DNA from: an uncultured Eubacteriales bacterium
Lineage (GTDB): Bacteria; Bacillota; Clostridia; Oscillospirales; Acutalibacteraceae
Reading direction: 5' to 3'
Assembly (NCBI GenBank): GCA_964371665.1
Contig: CAYJNP010000001.1
Coordinates: 37,862-78,729 of the forward strand
Length of the DNA: 40,868 bases
Position numbers and translations under genes: made by a program. Position 1 is the first letter of the stretch. Each line of letters opens with the position of its first letter. Shown piece by piece: positions 16,533-23,736 of this stretch. Under the pieces are notes generated by a model that was not told the origin of the DNA, made no database searches, and saw only the letters and a list, made by a program, of their open reading frames with translations.

Positions 16533-16550
16533 ATAATAATATATAAACAA
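16533..16550 (-). promoter_or_regulatory. 18-nt AT-rich element TTGTTTATATATTATTAT (possible second promoter class)
   Basis: Exact 18-mer shared with 22131..22148. Lies between the TAACAAT motif and the Zn-ribbon/polymerase operon. Confidence 0.3.
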
Positions 16551-16561
16551 AAATAGTTTTA

Positions 16562-16576
16562 TATAATATATTGTTA
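16562..16576 (-). promoter_or_regulatory. promoter-like motif variant TAACAATATATTATA
   Basis: Matches the 15-nt motif except for the first base. Placed just downstream of the terminator at 16594..16628. Confidence 0.45.
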
Positions 16577-16593
16577 GGACTATTATAAAATAA

Positions 16594-16628
16594 CAAAAAA
16601 AAATATAAGAGAAATTAATCTCTTATAT
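16594..16628 (-). terminator. rho-independent terminator
   Basis: 10-bp perfect stem 16603-16612 / 16619-16628 (atataagaga/tctcttatat) with a 6-nt loop. Followed on the minus strand by a run of about 9 T. Confidence 0.8.
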
Positions 16629-16633
16629 TTAAA

Positions 16634-18076
16634 TTACATAAATAATGATTTGCTTGGTTTCATTAATTTAGAACGTTGACCACTTTGTGTAGCGTTAATA
16701 GAATTAACGTTTATAATTAAATTTTTAACTTGTCTTAATTCTTTAATATATAAAGCTAAAGAATTGAATCTTAATGCAACAGTTTGTGTCATATATTTAG
16801 CAGATAAGAATAAATCACTAATTCTTTGTTGTAATGCAGATGTGAATGCAATATTAGAACCTAATTGTGCAAATTTATATCTAACATTTTCAATTTCTTT
16901 ATAAAGTTTTTCGAATTTTGTTTTCATTTTATCCATTTTTTTATATAATTGTTCTGCTTCTTTTTCACGAACATTTACAACTTTTAATATATTAATTAAT
17001 TGATTATAAGTTGCTGAAGTTATCATTGAAATTTCCATACCAGTTACATTTCTTATATATTGTTTTGTGTTCATACTTGAAAGTATATCTGAAATTAAAT
17101 TATTACATTCTTTAAATGCTTTTCCTAAATTATCAGTATTTATTTTAGTTCTTACTAAATTATCTTTCATTCTATCTGATGAAATAACATCTACACTAAC
17201 AGCTTTTCCACCGATAGCAAATTTAACATCACCAGCATATGATTTAATATCATCGAATGTTCTTTTTGTCATATTTAATAATAATTCTAAATCATCACTA
17301 CCGAATAACATTTCATCATTTGAACCAATTGAATTGTCGAATATATCAAAGAAATGTGTTAATTTACTTTTTAAATTCATTAATTCATCTGATACATCTA
17401 TTTTATTAATAGAAATATCTCTAAAAGTTGTTCTTTCATTTTCATTTAAACTAGATTCAGAAACCATTACATTTCCTTTAAGACTTCCAAGAACTACTTC
17501 TAAATCTTCCATATCTTTTTGAGAAATATTATCAAACTTTAATTTTGATTTATGATCTTGATAATCTACCATATATTTATTTTCAATTTTTTTAACTTTC
17601 TCAAATTTTAATTTTAAATCTTCTGGACTAATTTTATTTTTTGGATTTTCTAATCCAACTAATCCTCTTAATGATTTACTAAAAATATCTATTAATTTTA
17701 TAGCAATATTTTTAATCCATTTAACAATACTACCCAAGAATAAAGTTAAATTTTCTATAATACTATTATTAGTTGATAATTTTTTAACATCAACACGAGA
17801 AATTTCCGGATTATAAACTGGACTTTGTTGAGAACCAGACTTTCCTAATTCTAATCCTAATTTAAAAATATCTTTAAAAGTGTCTAATGCATTAGTACCT
17901 GTTAAATCAGTAGTAGTTTCATTTAATATTTTTTCTTCAACTTTTAACCAGTTAACCATAGCAGTATAACCTTCTTGAAGTTCTTTTTGTTCTCCCATAA
18001 GATATTTAAATTCTTTATTGAATTGTTCGTCTAAGAATTGTTCATAGACGTTTAGTTTGAATTCATTAATATTCAT
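16634..18076 (-). CDS. hypothetical coiled-coil protein, scaffold candidate by position
   Basis: Lies immediately downstream of the gp21-like protease, matching the T4 order 21-22. SD AGGTGATTAT. Helical, charged sequence with no diagnostic motif. Confidence 0.6.
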   Translation of the reverse strand: MNINEFKLNVYEQFLDEQFNKEFKYLMGEQKELQEGYTAMVNWLKVEEKILNETTTDLTGTNALDTFKDIFKLGLELGKSGSQQSPVYNPEISRVDVKKLSTNNSIIENLTLFLGSIVKWIKNIAIKLIDIFSKSLRGLVGLENPKNKISPEDLKLKFEKVKKIENKYMVDYQDHKSKLKFDNISQKDMEDLEVVLGSLKGNVMVSESSLNENERTTFRDISINKIDVSDELMNLKSKLTHFFDIFDNSIGSNDEMLFGSDDLELLLNMTKRTFDDIKSYAGDVKFAIGGKAVSVDVISSDRMKDNLVRTKINTDNLGKAFKECNNLISDILSSMNTKQYIRNVTGMEISMITSATYNQLINILKVVNVREKEAEQLYKKMDKMKTKFEKLYKEIENVRYKFAQLGSNIAFTSALQQRISDLFLSAKYMTQTVALRFNSLALYIKELRQVKNLIINVNSINATQSGQRSKLMKPSKSLFM

Positions 18077-18095
18077 ATAATCACCTATGCCTTTC

Positions 18096-18995
18096 TTATT
18101 TTCTTTTTTTCAATAAACTTGAATATTCTTTTTTATCATTTTGTAAAGATTCATTTAAAATATTATTTCTAACATTTTTTAAAAGATAATCTTCTAATTT
18201 TACTGTTTTTACTACGTTCCCGTTTTGTAATTTTACAGTACCGAAACTATTTGAATAAGTTTCCATTAATAATTTATCAGAATCATCATAGAAATATAAT
18301 TTACTAAAATGAACTAATTCACCTGAACCATTATCAATTAAATTTTCATAAATTAAACCTGAATTTTCTAAATTTTCTGTTTCTAATAAACCTTCATTTA
18401 AATTTAAAGATTCTGAAACAAAAGACTCATTTAAACAAGCTGATTCGTTAACACTTAAGTTTCCAATTTCTCTCATATAAGCTTTATCATGACTTGGATT
18501 CATAACCCAATCCCAACCAACAATTCTTAATCCTGGTTTTACAACAGTTCCTCCACCAAATCCTGGAGCAACATCACCTTGAGCTCTTAAACTAAATCCG
18601 ACTTGAACGCCTTGTTCTATTAATCCAGCCATACCTTTACCAACATCATTGTTTGCTGTTTCAAGATCACCAACTAATAAATCGCCTTCCCACCAAAGTT
18701 TTCTAATAATATGAGAGAATTTTAATGGATTAAGTTGACTTTGAACAGCCATATCTTTATTAGTAGGGTGTCCTGCTTCTCCACCAAAGTTCAATGTAGC
18801 CATACCTTTAGTAACAGTGAAATCTTTCATACCTTGTTCAAGGACGTTTTTAGGATAAGTTCTTCTATTTCTATTTTCTCTATTAGCCTCTTGAATTACA
18901 GCAGTAAATCTTATAGTTCCTAATGGAGTTTTTTTAAAATTTCTAATTTCAGCTACATGAGCTGACTCTAGAATTAAATATTTTCCTGTATTCAT
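18096..18995 (-). CDS. prohead core protease (T4 gp21 family)
   Basis: VIQEANRENRNRRTYPKNVLEQGMKDF aligns with T4 gp21 QAEVVNRNKRLYPKRILEKAVKDY. GGEAGHPT aligns with GELNHPP (catalytic His). KLWWEGDLLVGDLE aligns with DMWWKGNDVYGRARV. VGFSLRAQG aligns with PGVSSRGLG (catalytic Ser). I use the ATG at 18995 (MNTGKYL); the track's GTG at 19001 lies inside the leader spacer. Confidence 0.88.
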   Translation of the reverse strand: MNTGKYLILESAHVAEIRNFKKTPLGTIRFTAVIQEANRENRNRRTYPKNVLEQGMKDFTVTKGMATLNFGGEAGHPTNKDMAVQSQLNPLKFSHIIRKLWWEGDLLVGDLETANNDVGKGMAGLIEQGVQVGFSLRAQGDVAPGFGGGTVVKPGLRIVGWDWVMNPSHDKAYMREIGNLSVNESACLNESFVSESLNLNEGLLETENLENSGLIYENLIDNGSGELVHFSKLYFYDDSDKLLMETYSNSFGTVKLQNGNVVKTVKLEDYLLKNVRNNILNESLQNDKKEYSSLLKKRK

Positions 18996-19055
18996 GTACA
19001 CTATGCTTTACATTTCAAACGGCTAAGTCCTACCTATGACGTAAAGCGTCTCCTT
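18993..19055 (-). promoter_or_regulatory. structured leader with split ribosome-binding site (protease gene)
   Basis: The minus strand reads AAGGAGAC (19055..19048), GCTTTAC (19047..19041), a 29-nt loop, GTAAAGC (19011..19005), 9 nt (ATAGTGTAC), then ATG (18995). Confidence 0.55.
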
Positions 19056-19121
19056 TTCTAAATGTTTTTGACTTATTATTTATTACAAAATATCAAATTT
19101 TATACTTATTATTTTATTTTA

Positions 19122-19136
19122 TATAATTTATTGTTC
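19122..19136 (-). promoter_or_regulatory. phage promoter-like motif GAACAATAAATTATA (protease operon)
   Basis: A copy of the 15-nt motif. Divergent partner of 19238..19252. Confidence 0.55.
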
Positions 19137-19237
19137 GGAAAAATAGGTAGAATTTAATAAAATATAGCCTTTTTATATTTTTTTACCCTTTTTTTATAAA
19201 ATTTACTATTTTTTTAACTTTTTTATATTACAATTAC

Positions 19238-19252
19238 GAACAATAGATTATA
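19238..19252 (+). promoter_or_regulatory. phage promoter-like motif GAACAATAGATTATA
   Basis: A copy of the 15-nt motif, 75 nt upstream of the ATG at 19327. Confidence 0.55.
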
Positions 19253-19326
19253 TAAATAGTATTGCAACACTAATTATGCTTTACATTTTATATGGTTTTA
19301 ATAAAGTGGAAAGGACGGATGTAATT

Positions 19327-19947
19327 ATGAAACACTTTTTTACAAACGGACTATTGAACATTAAAGAAGATAAAAATTCAAATTCCTCTGAAAAAACTTT
19401 TGAAAAGGCTATTAAAACAAATCTGTTAGAAAATGAAAATATTGTAGCAGAAGAACAAGTTGAAGAACCGCAAGAAATTGTGGAAGAACCTGTAGTGGAA
19501 GAAGAGCCTGTTGATGATGGATATGTCGAAGAAGAAATTCAAGATGATCTATCTTATATGGAACAACTACCCCCTAATTCAAAAGAAAATTCAACGGAAC
19601 ACGAAAAAATGAAATCTTTATTTATTTGTTCTGAAAATCTTTATGATTATTCTAAATTAGTAGAGCAGAATATTAAAAATATTGATAAAAGTACGATTGA
19701 TAGAGTGACTGTTGTAAAATTAGCTCAATTAGAAGACAAAATGAATCTTTATATTAATAAAATAAAAGATTTTGTTGCAGAAGTGTTTATTAGAGAAACA
19801 TATGAAAAAAATTTATATTTATTTTATACTCTAAGAAACGAATTTATTACTATAATAAAAATAATAAGAAAATTATTGAAATTAGAAACAATGGAACATG
19901 ATGATATTTCAAAGGATTCGCAAGAAGGATTAATTGAAATTAAATAA
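19327..19947 (+). CDS. acidic hypothetical protein upstream of the capsid gene (possible scaffold/internal head protein)
   Basis: I prefer the ATG at 19327 (MKHFFTNG) because the SD block GAAAGGACGG lies 8 nt upstream. The track start at 19276 has no SD. Contains an acidic tract EEQVEEPQEIVEEPVVEEEPVDDGYVEEEIQDD. Confidence 0.65.
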   Translation: MKHFFTNGLLNIKEDKNSNSSEKTFEKAIKTNLLENENIVAEEQVEEPQEIVEEPVVEEEPVDDGYVEEEIQDDLSYMEQLPPNSKENSTEHEKMKSLFICSENLYDYSKLVEQNIKNIDKSTIDRVTVVKLAQLEDKMNLYINKIKDFVAEVFIRETYEKNLYLFYTLRNEFITIIKIIRKLLKLETMEHDDISKDSQEGLIEIK

Positions 19948-19964
19948 AAAAAATAAAATCCCTA

Positions 19965-19979
19965 AACAAACTATTAAAA
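19965..19979 (+). promoter_or_regulatory. weak variant AAACAAACTATTAAA (retains AACA-N6-TA only)
   Basis: Only the AACA core and its spacing to TA are kept. It lies 7 nt before the capsid-leader SD. The capsid gene may instead be read through from 19238. Confidence 0.25.
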
Positions 19980-19985
19980 AATAAC

Positions 19986-20076
19986 AAGGAGAGACTTTAC
20001 ATATAGTTGGTTAGTTTACCATGGGAATAACAATTAGTTATCTATAAATATAAAAAGTAAAGTATATAAAATTATG
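19986..20076 (+). promoter_or_regulatory. structured leader with split ribosome-binding site (capsid gene)
   Basis: AAGGAGAG (19986-19993), ACTTTAC (19994-20000), 56 nt with further imperfect pairing, GTAAAGT (20057-20063), 10 nt (ATATAAAATT), then ATG (20074). Confidence 0.6.
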
Positions 20077-21894
20077 AACTTTAAAACAAAATATGATAGC
20101 ATTAATGAAATATTTTTAACTACAGACAGATTCTTACAAGAAAGTACAGGATATGGATTAGTTGGTGAAGATGCTACAATTAAAAGACTTTTCACAAATG
20201 AAGAAACGAGAGAATCAATCATTACTTCAATGGTGGAAGGTGTAAGTGCTGACGAAGAAGTACAATTAAGACAATTATTAGAAAACACTGCTAGAAGAAC
20301 TATCCAAGAGTCTGCTGGTGGAATCGCTGGTTTAGCTTCATTAAATATGCCAGTAATTAGAAAATTATGGTACAAAACTAGAGCTAAAGATGCTTTAAAA
20401 ACTGTTGTTGCAAATAGTCCAACTATGGCTGTTGCTTATACAAAACCATATTTATTCAGATATGTTGGTGGAGTAAAAGAAACTAAAGATTTACCTTATG
20501 GTGCTATGTATGCTAACGCTGCTTTAAATGCTGCTAATGGTTTAGATTTATATAGTGGTGATGGTTTAGATTTCCAATCAGTTACATCAATTAAACCTTT
20601 AACTGATGCTGCTGGTTTAAACGGAACAATGGTAACAATCGATTACTGTGAAGGTAGCGATATTGACGAAATCGACAGAGATTACTTTGTAGATAAAGTT
20701 GAAGTTTATGCTGCTGCTGTTAAAGTTGTTGATGGTAAAGTTGTAAATGCTGATGATACAGATGCTGTATTAGAAGAAAGCTATTACGTAGGTTTAGAAA
20801 AACCAATCGCTGATACAATTTATGGTACATTAATCGTTCCTTCAACTGCTACTGTTGATGCTGGTAAAGTTGCTGGTCAAATCGTTGTAAATGTTGCTAT
20901 GACTAAAGGTACTGCAGATATTTCTGTATTAAAAGGTGCTTTTGGTGCTTTAAAAGATGCTGTAAGTGGATCAGTTGTTGTTTATACAAGAGCTCATTTA
21001 TCAGCTGAAAAAAATGTTGCTTCATGGTCAGTTGCTACTGAAATTGCAAAACAAGAAATTACAATTGGAACTGGTACACATATCAATGCTCCAATGACTA
21101 TTGAATCTATTCAAGATTCAGAAGCATTATACAAAATTGACTTAACAGCAGAAATTACTGATGTTATGACTCAAGTATTTGCTCAAAGATTAGATGAAGA
21201 ATTAATTGACTTCATGATTAGAAAATTCGTAAACAGACCAACTAACGTTGAATTTAGAAATAACCCTGCTTATACTGGTGCTGCTGCTCATACATATACT
21301 TTTGATGTAGCTACAATGACTGGTTATACTGGTGGACCAAAAGCTTGGCGTGAAGAATTAAAACCTGTTATCGATGACGCTGCTATCGCTATTATGGAAG
21401 AAAGTAGATTCCAAGAAGGTACATTTGTATTAATTTGTCATCCAAAAACTGCTCAATTATTAAAAAATCCAGAATGGCAATATAAAGGTGGAAACGGTGG
21501 AAACGTTGATGGTACTTCTGTATCTTTCGATACTGCTGTATTTACTTCAGATTCATTCATTTATAAATTAATTAGTTCATTCAATTACCCTAAAGGTATG
21601 ATCGGATTATCATTTATCCCAGCTGGTGAAAAACAATTATCACAAGTTTATTACCCATATGCATTCACTATGAGTACAAGTGCTGGTTATAGAGATCCAA
21701 ATCAAGAAAACACTCCATCATTAGTTATGACTAAACGTCATGCAAAATGGGAATTCACTCCTACTTCTGCATTAATCGTTATCAAAAACTTAGATGGTAC
21801 TTCAAGATTCCATGCTGGTAACTTATGGTCTAACCAATTCTTAAGTAATGCTGATGTTCAAAACGGAGATTTAATTTATACACCAAAACCTTAA
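20074..21894 (+). CDS. probable major capsid protein
   Basis: Noticeably higher GC and strong codon bias (GCT/GGT/GTT/ACT) indicate very high expression. It lies divergent from the protease/scaffold operon, is preceded by an acidic protein gene, and is followed by a strong terminator. The 606-aa size fits large-phage capsid proteins. I recall no diagnostic motif, so the call is contextual. Confidence 0.65.
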   Translation: MNFKTKYDSINEIFLTTDRFLQESTGYGLVGEDATIKRLFTNEETRESIITSMVEGVSADEEVQLRQLLENTARRTIQESAGGIAGLASLNMPVIRKLWYKTRAKDALKTVVANSPTMAVAYTKPYLFRYVGGVKETKDLPYGAMYANAALNAANGLDLYSGDGLDFQSVTSIKPLTDAAGLNGTMVTIDYCEGSDIDEIDRDYFVDKVEVYAAAVKVVDGKVVNADDTDAVLEESYYVGLEKPIADTIYGTLIVPSTATVDAGKVAGQIVVNVAMTKGTADISVLKGAFGALKDAVSGSVVVYTRAHLSAEKNVASWSVATEIAKQEITIGTGTHINAPMTIESIQDSEALYKIDLTAEITDVMTQVFAQRLDEELIDFMIRKFVNRPTNVEFRNNPAYTGAAAHTYTFDVATMTGYTGGPKAWREELKPVIDDAAIAIMEESRFQEGTFVLICHPKTAQLLKNPEWQYKGGNGGNVDGTSVSFDTAVFTSDSFIYKLISSFNYPKGMIGLSFIPAGEKQLSQVYYPYAFTMSTSAGYRDPNQENTPSLVMTKRHAKWEFTPTSALIVIKNLDGTSRFHAGNLWSNQFLSNADVQNGDLIYTPKP

Positions 21895-21912
21895 GAATAA
21901 CTTAAATTAAAT

Positions 21913-21950
21913 AAAAAAAAGAAATAGTTAACGCTATTTCTTTTTCTTTT
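21913..21950. terminator. bidirectional rho-independent terminator after the capsid gene
   Basis: Stem agaaatag (21920-21927) / ctatttct (21934-21941) with loop ttaacg. An A-run lies upstream and TTTTCTTTT downstream. Confidence 0.75.
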
Positions 21951-22041
21951 TACTTATAGCGAAAATTCCTCTTCCGCTACAGATTATTGTACTTTGGCTT
22001 TTGTATATTTTATACTTTTTTAATTTAAATAAATTTATCAT
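21934..22041 (-). CDS. 35-aa lysine-rich peptide (candidate small gene, not in the ORF track)
   Basis: ATG at 22041..22039 is preceded by the strongest SD in the window (GGGAGGATAAAAAT). Translation: MINLFKLKKYKIYKSQSTIICSGRGIFAISKKKKK. The stop lies in the terminator stem. Confidence 0.4.
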   Translation of the reverse strand: MINLFKLKKYKIYKSQSTIICSGRGIFAISKKKKK

Positions 22042-22130
22042 ATTTTTATCCTCCCGATAGTATCAATGGGTTTTACATTGTAATACATAAAATATGAAAT
22101 AAGAGTTTATCATATTATTTCTTATTCTTT

Positions 22131-22148
22131 ATAATAATATATAAACAA
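22131..22148 (-). promoter_or_regulatory. 18-nt AT-rich element TTGTTTATATATTATTAT (second copy)
   Basis: Exact match to 16533..16550. Lies between the terminator at 22149..22183 and the small ORF 21934..22041. Confidence 0.3.
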
Positions 22149-22183
22149 TAAAAAAGAAAAAACATAAATTCTTTCGAATTTAT
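22149..22183 (-). terminator. rho-independent terminator
   Basis: The minus strand reads ATAAATTC-GAAA-GAATTTAT followed by GTTTTTTCTTTTTT. The stem is 22164-22171 / 22176-22183. Confidence 0.65.
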
Positions 22184-22186
22184 ATT

Positions 22187-22891
22187 TTATGCACCTTTTA
22201 TTTTTCTTGAATAAGTTAGTATTGAATTTTGAGCAAATTTTTCTATTAATGCTTCTCTTTCTGCTTTTGCATTTTCAACTTGATCTAAAAATAAACTTAT
22301 ATTACCATAAGGTGATTCTATATTTTCAAATCTTTTTCTAATAGGAAATAATGTTACTAAAAAATCTAATAAACATAATTGTAGAAAATGCTCTCTCAAT
22401 CCAGTATCAATTGTACTCAAATGTTCTGGATGAACAGCCATTATCATTGCTAAAGCATAACTTGATGACCATAATTTTGGAAAAATTTCGACTTTATTTG
22501 GTGGAATAAATACTGGTGTTATTCTTGTTTGTGTATATGATTGAAAATCAGCATATAATTGATTATTGACTGGATCTGTTGAATTCATCAATGCTAAATT
22601 ATTATAACTATTTAGATCACTTAAATAAACTTCAGAAACACCGACGATTCTTAATCCATCAACATTAGGTATTGTATATACATTTTTTCCACGAATTATT
22701 TCATCTTTTTCTCTTAAACCTACTCTAAATTTAAATGGGAAATATTTACTAAATGTTACTAGAGATTCTTGGAATACTGTTTTCATCATTTCTTCATCAG
22801 ATATCTCAGCTTCAATATCATAAACAACATCACCAATATTTCTTTTTATATAACGGATTACTTCCGTAGGATTTAAACTAAACATAGCCAT
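22187..22891 (-). CDS. hypothetical protein (probably virion-associated, by context)
   Basis: I use the ATG at 22891 (MAMFSLNPTE). The track start at 22900 is a TTG. The GAACAAT motif lies 25 nt upstream. Confidence 0.65.
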   Translation of the reverse strand: MAMFSLNPTEVIRYIKRNIGDVVYDIEAEISDEEMMKTVFQESLVTFSKYFPFKFRVGLREKDEIIRGKNVYTIPNVDGLRIVGVSEVYLSDLNSYNNLALMNSTDPVNNQLYADFQSYTQTRITPVFIPPNKVEIFPKLWSSSYALAMIMAVHPEHLSTIDTGLREHFLQLCLLDFLVTLFPIRKRFENIESPYGNISLFLDQVENAKAEREALIEKFAQNSILTYSRKIKGA

Positions 22892-22915
22892 ATAAATCAA
22901 CTCTTTTCTTTATAT

Positions 22916-22930
22916 TATAATATATTGTTC
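22916..22930 (-). promoter_or_regulatory. phage promoter-like motif GAACAATATATTATA
   Basis: Back-to-back with 22940..22954. The two GAACAA cores form an inverted repeat separated by 9 bp. Confidence 0.55.
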
Positions 22931-22939
22931 AATTTTACC

Positions 22940-22954
22940 GAACAATTTATTATA
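22940..22954 (+). promoter_or_regulatory. phage promoter-like motif GAACAATTTATTATA
   Basis: A copy of the 15-nt motif, 30 nt upstream of the ATG at 22985. Confidence 0.55.
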
Positions 22955-22984
22955 TAATAACAAATAACGAAAGGACGGATGCAT

Positions 22985-23731
22985 ATGCAAAACGTAGATA
23001 TAGAATTATTAATAAAATTATTTAAATCTCAAAAGATTTCAGAATATACTTTTGGTTCAGAATTAGAAAATATTATAGGTGGACTAACTAGAACTAATGT
23101 TGAATTTATTGATGGAACTTTTGGTTCTTCTGGAAATGATTATCTTGTTTCTTCATTACCTATATTAATTCCAAATGGATATAAATTTAAATTTATCGTA
23201 GATAGAACTTTATTTAAAGGTTCACTTTTTTCAGATACAGATATTTCTAGAATTATTGAAGATGTGTCAAAAGGACAACTTCAAATCTTAAATGTATTAA
23301 ATAAAAAATTCAATAAAAAGAAAAATATTGAAATTGGTATGAGAGAATTAATAAAAATTTATTTAGAGCTTTATTTAGCTAATATTAAATTAATAAATCC
23401 ATCAATTTTATCTAAAATTCAAAAAGAAAATATTCTAAACATTAATGATTTAGAAAAATTTATATTCGAATACGATGATAATAACTTATCTTTAGAAGAA
23501 GTATTAGAATTTATTTCTGTTAAACATTTATTACCTGAGCCTTATATAATGGAAGCTAAAAAGCAATTTGGAAGTCAAGTTGAAAGTATTTATGGAAAAG
23601 GTGCTAATCACGATGAACCGGATTACTTTGATGTAAAAAATATGAAAAAAGAACCTTTCGATAACGATAAAGATGATCCTGTTATAACTAGAGAAATTCC
23701 TCATGACTATAAACCTCCTTATAGTTATTAA
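22985..23731 (+). CDS. hypothetical protein
   Basis: The track start at 22979 is part of the conserved block GAAAGGACGGATG, which also precedes 19327. With that SD, the ATG at 22985 (MQNVDIELL) has 6-nt spacing while 22979 has none. Confidence 0.65.
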   Translation: MQNVDIELLIKLFKSQKISEYTFGSELENIIGGLTRTNVEFIDGTFGSSGNDYLVSSLPILIPNGYKFKFIVDRTLFKGSLFSDTDISRIIEDVSKGQLQILNVLNKKFNKKKNIEIGMRELIKIYLELYLANIKLINPSILSKIQKENILNINDLEKFIFEYDDNNLSLEEVLEFISVKHLLPEPYIMEAKKQFGSQVESIYGKGANHDEPDYFDVKNMKKEPFDNDKDDPVITREIPHDYKPPYSY

Positions 23732-23736
23732 AAAAA

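Noticed and set aside
12619-18923. Plus-strand track ORFs 12619..12840, 13264..13458, 15045..15251, 17067..17522 and 18735..18923.
   Set aside because: These are antisense to accepted genes, including the DNA polymerase and the protease. They have no SD, and their composition is typical of shadow frames in AT-rich DNA.
13445-19060. GC-richer patches (13458-13500 and 19002-19060) as possible tRNA or small RNA genes.
   Set aside because: They are too short for a tRNA, no cloverleaf arms or T-loop GTTCRA motif were found, and both are explained as 5' leaders of adjacent genes. I saw no tRNA-like sequence anywhere in the window, but a tRNAscan run would be the proper check.
19994-20063. Short upstream ORFs inside the split-SD leaders (TTG-GTT-AGT-TTA-CCA-TGG-GAA-TAA in the capsid leader, ATG-GAT-TGC-TTT-TAT-CCA-TAT-CTG-TGA in the sheath leader) as the real targets of the strong SD.
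   Set aside because: The protease leader has no start codon in the equivalent position. In the acidic-protein leader the nearest TTG is about 20 nt from the SD. A uORF is therefore not a shared feature, whereas the clamp helix and the 9-10 nt spacer are. It stays a possible add-on at two loci.
20034-20375. Minus-strand track ORF overlapping the capsid leader and the capsid gene 5' end.
   Set aside because: It is antisense to the most strongly codon-biased gene in the window. Its start would lie inside the capsid coding region with no RBS.
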